From contig JAYENW010000020.1 in the NCBI GenBank assembly GCA_034722275.1, positions 2,379 to 66,378 of the forward strand: 64,000 nucleotides of DNA. Direction: 5' to 3'. Both the position numbers and the translations under genes were made by a program. Below, in pieces: positions 58,663-64,000 of this stretch. The DNA is from Chloroflexota bacterium (GTDB lineage: Bacteria > Chloroflexota > Dehalococcoidia > GIF9 > AB-539-J10). Position 1 is the stretch's first letter. Each line of letters starts with the position of its first letter. The notes beneath the pieces are model-generated. The model was not told the DNA's origin and searched no databases. It saw only the letters and a list, made by a program, of their open reading frames with translations.

Positions 58663-59835
58663 ATGAGCAAGCGTGAAACGCCGAAAAGGTTAGCTTTTCA
58701 GTTTATTATACTTTTAGGGATCGTCAGTTTATTTGGCGATGTTACCTACGAAGGGGCCAGGAGTATTACCGGCCCTTATTTGGCTACACTGGGAGCAAGT
58801 GCCAGCATTGTTGGATTGGTAGCTGGCATTGGTGAATTTGTTGGCTATGCCTTGCGTCTTGCCTCCGGCTATTTAGCTGACCGTACCAAAGCGTACTGGG
58901 TCTTCACATTTCTTGGCTACGGACTACTAATTTTCGTTCCTCTGCTCGCTTTTGCTGGCTATTGGCAACTTGCCGCCGTCTTCATTATCCTGGAGCGGAT
59001 GGGGAAAGCTATTAGAAGTCCGGCGAGAGATACTATACTCTCGTATGCTACCAAAGAGGTGGGGAGAGGTTGGGGATTTGGTATTCACGAGGCATTGGAT
59101 CAGGTTGGCGCCATAATTGGCCCTCTTATCTTTTCCCTTGTTTTTCTTCTTAATGGAGGCTATCGCGAAGGTTTTACTATCCTGTGGATACCTGCCTTGC
59201 TCACTTTGGCTATCCTTGCGCTAGCCAGACGGAAAGTTCCAGCACCAGAGAAGCTCGAACTTCCCAGCCAAATAGACAAACAGAATCATAAAGGCAAGCT
59301 CCCCAGGGTTTTCTGGCTCTATACTTTGTTTACTTTCTTTTCCGTGGCTGGATTCGCCAACTTCCAGTTGATTTCCTACCATCTTAAAGTCCAGTCGGTT
59401 ATCCCCCTTGTGCAAATTCCCATATTTTATGCCATTGCCATGGGAGTGGATGCCTTAGTTGCCCTTATCATTGGCAAAACATACGATAAAATTGGGCTGA
59501 CATCGCTGCTGGCTGCTCCCTTACTGGCGTTGCCTATTCCTTTCCTTGCCTTTTCATATAGCTATAGTCTTGTGCTGATAGGTATCGTGTTTTGGGGGAT
59601 GGTGATGGGCATTCAGGAAACTATCATGCGCGCTGCGATTGCTGATTTAACTCACATCGAGCGCAGGGGATTTGCCTATGGCATCTTCAATACGGCTTAC
59701 GGGGCGTCCTGGTTTTTGGGGAGTTTTATTATGGGGATGTTGTATGACTTTTCCCTGACTTACTTAATCCTCTTTGCAATTGTGATGGAGTTGATTTCAG
59801 TGCCGGTATTAGTTCTGGTTAGAAGGGCAGCTTAG
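58663..59835 (+). CDS. MFS transporter
   Basis: The 390-aa product has 12 predicted transmembrane helices and an MFS loop motif (GYLADRTK). Confidence 0.7.
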   Translation: MSKRETPKRLAFQFIILLGIVSLFGDVTYEGARSITGPYLATLGASASIVGLVAGIGEFVGYALRLASGYLADRTKAYWVFTFLGYGLLIFVPLLAFAGYWQLAAVFIILERMGKAIRSPARDTILSYATKEVGRGWGFGIHEALDQVGAIIGPLIFSLVFLLNGGYREGFTILWIPALLTLAILALARRKVPAPEKLELPSQIDKQNHKGKLPRVFWLYTLFTFFSVAGFANFQLISYHLKVQSVIPLVQIPIFYAIAMGVDALVALIIGKTYDKIGLTSLLAAPLLALPIPFLAFSYSYSLVLIGIVFWGMVMGIQETIMRAAIADLTHIERRGFAYGIFNTAYGASWFLGSFIMGMLYDFSLTYLILFAIVMELISVPVLVLVRRAA

Positions 59836-60034
59836 CCGTTTATTAAGCTTTAAACAGCGAAGTTAGGTGATAATATATGTTACTTCCTATTGCGGAACAC
59901 AAGTGCTCTTGTCCTCATCTGGTTGATAAAATATGGCCTGGCTTTAATAGTGACCCTCTTTTAAACAATGAGGGTTTGACATATTAGTAGGAAAAATCAT
60001 ACAATACTGATATAATTTGTTGCAGGAGGGAAAG

Positions 60035-60325
60035 ATGGAGCAGGCAAACAAGCGTGCAGTGGGTAAATGCTTTGGCTCTACCGCGGTCGGTCCTCGTGGG
60101 CAACTGGTGATTCCAGCAGAAGCCCGAAAAGAGCTGGGCATAGATGTTGGTACCAAGCTCCTGGTTTTCAGTCATTTCCAGGGCAAGGGGCTTATCTTTG
60201 TCAAGGTTGAGGCAGTGGAGGAGTTACTTAATACCATGAGCCGCAGAGTCGAAGAATTTGCCAGTTTGCTGAGGAAAAGTGAAACTGATGATATAGGAGC
60301 AAAGAGTGAAAGCCATCAAGGTTGA
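60035..60325 (+). CDS. SpoVT/AbrB-domain small DNA-binding protein (AbrB/MazE-like)
   Basis: An ATG at 60035 follows a GGAGGG ribosome-binding site. The swapped-hairpin motif reads GQLVIPAEARKELGIDVGTKLLV. The 3' end overlaps the first ABC ATPase by 20 nt. Confidence 0.55.
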   Translation: MEQANKRAVGKCFGSTAVGPRGQLVIPAEARKELGIDVGTKLLVFSHFQGKGLIFVKVEAVEELLNTMSRRVEEFASLLRKSETDDIGAKSESHQG

Positions 60326-61247
60326 TAATTTGACCAGAACCTTTGGCCATCTTGTTGCTGTGAACCATATCTCTTTTGAAGTTGGAGAAGGAGAGATTTT
60401 TGGTTTTCTGGGCGCCAATGGAGCTGGCAAAACGACTACTATGATGATGTTAGCCACAGCGCTCATTCCTACATCTGGTTCAGCTACAGTATGTGGATAT
60501 GATATCCTCAAAAAGAAGAATAAAGTCAGAGAATCTATGAGCATTGTCTTTGAGGAATTGAGCCTGGATATTAATCTTACCGGCAGAGAGAATCTCGACT
60601 TTCATGCCAGAATGTATCACCTTCCCAGAAAAGTCAGGGAAGAGAGAGTAAACCAGGCTTTGGATTTGGTGGGATTGAGAAATAAACAAAACATACTGGC
60701 CAAACACTATTCTGGTGGCATGCAGCGCAGACTTGAGATAGCCAGGGGGATGCTCAATTGTCCCGAAGTCTTATTTCTGGATGAGCCGACTTTAGGTCTG
60801 GATGTGCAGACGAGAAGGATGTTATGGGACTATGCCAGGAAGTTGAATAGAGAGTTTGGTGTCACCATATTGTTAACTACGCATTATGTGGAAGAGGCTG
60901 ATTATCTCTGTGGTAAGATAGCTATTTTAGAGCAGGGTAAGATTGTGATAACAGGTACCCCTGACGAATTAAAGAATTCTCTTGGTGATAGCCTGTTGTC
61001 TATCAAACTTTCCCGTGGCTCAAGCAGCGATATGGTGAAGCTGCTTGGTCAGGTGAGTTGGGTCAAAAAGGTTAGCCTGCGTGATGGCTGGCTGGATTTG
61101 GCTGTGGAGTCTGAAGGGACAAAGATACCCGAAATAGTTAAATTTGCCAGAGACCATGGATTTGCTGTTTCCTCTGTCAGTCAGCATAAGCCAAGTTTAG
61201 AGGATGCCTTTTTATATTATGCTGGGAAAAGGTTAGAAAATGAGTGA
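60306..61247 (+). CDS. ABC transporter ATP-binding protein (ABC-2/DrrA-like), subunit 1
   Basis: The 313-aa product has Walker A (GANGAGKTT), a signature (YSGGMQRR), Walker B (LFLDEPT) and a C-terminal regulatory domain. Confidence 0.85.
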   Translation: MKAIKVDNLTRTFGHLVAVNHISFEVGEGEIFGFLGANGAGKTTTMMMLATALIPTSGSATVCGYDILKKKNKVRESMSIVFEELSLDINLTGRENLDFHARMYHLPRKVREERVNQALDLVGLRNKQNILAKHYSGGMQRRLEIARGMLNCPEVLFLDEPTLGLDVQTRRMLWDYARKLNREFGVTILLTTHYVEEADYLCGKIAILEQGKIVITGTPDELKNSLGDSLLSIKLSRGSSSDMVKLLGQVSWVKKVSLRDGWLDLAVESEGTKIPEIVKFARDHGFAVSSVSQHKPSLEDAFLYYAGKRLENE

Positions 61248-62235
61248 AATTGTAGAAATTGAAAATCTGACCAGGGAATTTGATGGCCTCGTAGCAGTAG
61301 ACCATATCAACTTGAGCATAAAAGAAGGGGAGATATTTGGCTTTCTTGGCCCCAATGGAGCTGGGAAGACAACTACTACCAAGGTGCTGTGCACTTTGCT
61401 TAATCCCACCTCAGGCTGGGCGAAGGTCTGTGGTTATGATGTTGTGCGAGATAGAAATAGTGTCCGGGAATGCATGGGAATTGTCTTTCAGGATTCCTGC
61501 AGTGATAAATTCCTTACTGGTAGGGAGAATCTGGATTTTCATGCCCGTATGTATCATATGGACAGGAAAACCAGGGAAGAAAGGATAACGGAAGTACTGG
61601 ACTTGCTGGAGCTAAAGGGGAAAGAAAATATCAAGATCAGCGATTGTTCTGGCGGCATACAACGCAGGTTTGAGGTTGCCAGGGGCTTTATGAATCATCC
61701 CAAAGTCTTGTTTTTAGATGAGCCAACCCTGGGCCTGGATATACAAACTAGAAGAAATTTATGGGAGTATATCCGAATGCTCAATCAAAAAGAAGGCACA
61801 ACGATAGTTCTCACCACTCACTATATAGAAGAAGCAGAGCGTCTCTGTCACCGTGTGGCGGTTATTGACCACGGGAAAATAGCAGTTGTAGATAGCCCCA
61901 ATAAGTTGAAGAAAGCGGTTGGTGTTAATTTGATTTCATTACAGGTCGCCAGTGGAATAAGCGATGGTTTGCTGGATTTGTTGAATGGACTTGATTGGAT
62001 AAAGGAAGTTACGATGTATAATAGTTCGCTGGAACTGAGTATTGAGGGAGGTGAAGAAAGAGTTCCTCAGCTTGTTGACTTTACCGATGAGTGTGGAATG
62101 GTCATAGCATCCATTGATTTACACGAACCCAGTTTGGAGGATGCCTTTCTGCACTATACCGGAAGAGCGATAAGGGAAGAAGAAGGAAGTGTAAAGAAGC
62201 TGCGGAAAGTAAGAAGGGCCAGGAGGAGAAGCTAA
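61240..62235 (+). CDS. ABC transporter ATP-binding protein (ABC-2/DrrA-like), subunit 2
   Basis: The 331-aa product is a paralog of subunit 1 (GPNGAGKTT, CSGGIQRR, LFLDEPT) with a basic C-terminal tail. It overlaps subunit 1 by 8 nt. Confidence 0.85.
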   Translation: MSEIVEIENLTREFDGLVAVDHINLSIKEGEIFGFLGPNGAGKTTTTKVLCTLLNPTSGWAKVCGYDVVRDRNSVRECMGIVFQDSCSDKFLTGRENLDFHARMYHMDRKTREERITEVLDLLELKGKENIKISDCSGGIQRRFEVARGFMNHPKVLFLDEPTLGLDIQTRRNLWEYIRMLNQKEGTTIVLTTHYIEEAERLCHRVAVIDHGKIAVVDSPNKLKKAVGVNLISLQVASGISDGLLDLLNGLDWIKEVTMYNSSLELSIEGGEERVPQLVDFTDECGMVIASIDLHEPSLEDAFLHYTGRAIREEEGSVKKLRKVRRARRRS

Positions 62236-62239
62236 CAAT

Positions 62240-63037
62240 ATGCCAGCGCTGAGAGCGACAAAATTAATTGACCCACTGCCGATTTACACCATGTGGCTGA
62301 GGCAGATAAAGAGATTCTTAAGAGTGAAGGCTCGTCTCGCCAGTTCAATATTGATGCCATTTCTCTTTCTTGCTTTTCTGGGGCTGCCGTTGAGCTTTAT
62401 GCCTGCCAGAGAGATACCGGGAATGCCAGCGGGCATGAGTTTCCTTGATTTTCTAGCTCCGGGCATAGTGGGCATGACTCTGTTGTTTGCTGCCACGATG
62501 TCAGGAGCCTCAGTTATCTGGGATAAGGAGTTTGGCTTTCTCAAAGAGGTACTTGTAGCTCCAGTTAACCGCTTTTCAATCATATTGGGCAGGAGTTTGG
62601 GGGGCATGACTACAGCCATCATACAGGCTCTCATCATAATAGGCATAGCAGTGGCTATGGGGGTTAAGTTAACCGGAGTCTCGGGCTTTTTCCTGTCAAT
62701 CGTCTTTATGATTCTTACTTGTGCTACTTTTACCGGATTTGGCTTGATTCTGGCTACCAGGCTGGGTGATACGGAAGGTTTTATGTCTATAATGAACTTG
62801 ATAGTGATGCCCATATTTTTCCTCTCTGGTGCCTTTTTCCCCTTGCAAACTATGCCAGCAGGAATCAGATACATAATGTATCTTGACCCGCTCACATATG
62901 GAGTGGATGGATTAAGGGGCACTTTAGTTGGTGGCGCTGCCTTCCCTTTATGGCTGGATTTTGTGGTTCTTTTCGTCTTATCAATAATCTTGGCAGGTTT
63001 AGGTGCTTATTTCTTTTCTAAAATGGAGGCTGATTAA
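62240..63037 (+). CDS. ABC-2 type transporter permease
   Basis: The 265-aa product has 6 predicted transmembrane helices in an ABC-2 family arrangement. It is the only permease gene next to the two ATPase genes. Confidence 0.75.
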   Translation: MPALRATKLIDPLPIYTMWLRQIKRFLRVKARLASSILMPFLFLAFLGLPLSFMPAREIPGMPAGMSFLDFLAPGIVGMTLLFAATMSGASVIWDKEFGFLKEVLVAPVNRFSIILGRSLGGMTTAIIQALIIIGIAVAMGVKLTGVSGFFLSIVFMILTCATFTGFGLILATRLGDTEGFMSIMNLIVMPIFFLSGAFFPLQTMPAGIRYIMYLDPLTYGVDGLRGTLVGGAAFPLWLDFVVLFVLSIILAGLGAYFFSKMEAD

Positions 63038-63085
63038 AGGGAAATAAGAGATAAGTATATCTTACGGGGTATATTTGTGAGGTAA

Positions 63086-63511
63086 ATGATGAGGAAAAGA
63101 AAAGGATACACTGTATATACCATTTTAACTACCCTGGCTGAAGAAGCAGCTCTGGCAGCAATTGTGCTCCTAGGATTACCTTTGCTGGGGATAAACATCC
63201 CCTGGTGGGGGCTAGTTCTAATGATGGCTGCCGTGGCTGCTTGTTCCTATATAACCTATTGGCTTTGCCAGAGGACGCTGCACAAGGAAGCAATAGTTGG
63301 ACCTGAGACGATGATTGGCGCTAAGGGCAAGGCAACCTGCCAAATTGCTCCGGAGGGCTATGTGCGAGTTGAGGGTGAATTATGGAAAGCAGTGTCAGCT
63401 GGTATATCTGTGGATGTGGGTGAGGAAGTTATTGTCGTGGGACGCGACGAACTTACTTTAGTGGTAACTCTTTTGACTGAGGATGATAAGAGCACATATA
63501 ATTACTCCTAA
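63086..63511 (+). CDS. NfeD-like membrane protein (short form, C-terminal OB-fold)
   Basis: The 141-aa product has two N-terminal transmembrane helices and a C-terminal beta-rich domain (GYVRVEGELWKAVS...VGEEVIVVGRDELTLVV) typical of NfeD short homologs. Confidence 0.55.
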   Translation: MMRKRKGYTVYTILTTLAEEAALAAIVLLGLPLLGINIPWWGLVLMMAAVAACSYITYWLCQRTLHKEAIVGPETMIGAKGKATCQIAPEGYVRVEGELWKAVSAGISVDVGEEVIVVGRDELTLVVTLLTEDDKSTYNYS

Positions 63512-64000
63512 AATAGACACATGTTTATTGAAAGCAGTCTTTCAAAGATATTTTGTCCTCCTGCTAATACTTTGGGTGCTTTTTGTGCTCTATCCCAACC
63601 CCTTAAAACTGGGTATTAGTGTCCAAAGGCTTTTTAGCCCGGATATCGATCCTGACACTGTTGAAACTGTACTGGGGGATTTTCCCTCTGAGCCTGGAGC
63701 TATAGAAAAAATGGTTCTGGCTGAAATACCTTACCGCTATGACTGGGAAATTCATGGCATGCCCTGGTATTTCCCTACGGTTGGAGAGATATTGAAGAAA
63801 GAAGAGGGGGATTGCAAGGCCCGCGCCATAGTTCTCGCCTCCATTCTGGAAGCAAAAAACATTCCCTATCATCTCAATTGTTCACCAATACATGTTTGGG
63901 TAGAATACGAGGGTAAACCTGAGACTTCGCTGGAGAATGCCAGTGTCAAGTTTTATCAGCAGGACCCCGCGACAGGTGAAAGATGGTTCCAATTTCCTGA
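63483..64000 (+). CDS. transglutaminase-like cysteine-protease-fold membrane protein (5' part; continues beyond window)
   Basis: The frame is open from an ATG at 63483 (alternative TTG at 63528) to the window end. The product has an N-terminal transmembrane helix (YFVLLLILWVLFVLY) followed by a transglutaminase core motif (EEGDCKARAIVLASIL with catalytic Cys). Confidence 0.45.
   Translation, partial: MIRAHIITPKIDTCLLKAVFQRYFVLLLILWVLFVLYPNPLKLGISVQRLFSPDIDPDTVETVLGDFPSEPGAIEKMVLAEIPYRYDWEIHGMPWYFPTVGEILKKEEGDCKARAIVLASILEAKNIPYHLNCSPIHVWVEYEGKPETSLENASVKFYQQDPATGERWFQFP

Overview
This 64-kb window reads as a gene-dense chromosomal segment from an anaerobic bacterium, most likely a Dehalococcoidia-like Chloroflexota member. 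That placement is an inference from gene content only: a mannosyl-3-phosphoglycerate synthase, a complete corrinoid salvage and remodelling operon with no de novo corrin genes, several B12-binding radical SAM enzymes, and GGAGG-type ribosome-binding sites. No rRNA genes, CRISPR arrays or obvious transposases were seen. No secure tRNA was found, only a tRNA-like T-loop motif.

From left to right the window contains:
- a glycerate kinase (partial at the 5' edge);
- a DAHP synthase;
- three MFS transporters scattered across the window;
- a serine-dehydratase-like / cysteine-desulfidase-family gene flanked by a 13-14 nt direct repeat carrying that T-loop-like motif;
- a GNAT acetyltransferase;
- a B12-binding radical-SAM-like protein with a degenerate cysteine motif, followed by a short ORF with a PP-loop N-terminus;
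- a two-piece permease whose first subunit carries an N-terminal NifX/NafY-like domain;
- a SAM-dependent methyltransferase;
- serS and lysS;
- speH and speE;
- hbd, pcrA, mpgS and mutL;
- an ATP-grasp (ADP-forming CoA ligase-like) protein, then folD and fhs;
- a helix-turn-helix protein.

The remainder holds two large loci.

Locus (i), about 30.1-39.8 kb, is a corrinoid salvage operon: btuF, an MJ0570/Dph6-like PP-loop ATPase, cobA, btuC, btuD, cbiB, cobD, cobT, cobS and cobU. It is capped on the opposite strand by an AsnB-like PP-loop protein that lacks a glutaminase domain.

Locus (ii), about 39.9-58.3 kb, is an unusually redundant lipid locus:
- a HadAB-like pair of hot-dog dehydratases;
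- plsX, acpP, a FabL-like enoyl reductase, fabF and fabG;
- a second plsX;
- degV, a DAK2-only FakA-like protein, and a second fabF;
- a B12-radical SAM protein;
- an acyl-CoA ligase;
- a PlsY-like paralog, a second degV and a second B12-radical SAM protein;
- a canonical plsY and a third degV.

A second divergent PlsY-like paralog sits at 27.2 kb, beside a DedA membrane protein and a GT4 glycosyltransferase.

The window ends with an AbrB-like small protein translationally coupled to a heterodimeric ABC-2 exporter, then an NfeD-like protein and the start of a transglutaminase-like membrane protein. ORF-track coordinates were used wherever possible. Starts that I refined by hand are marked in the evidence fields.
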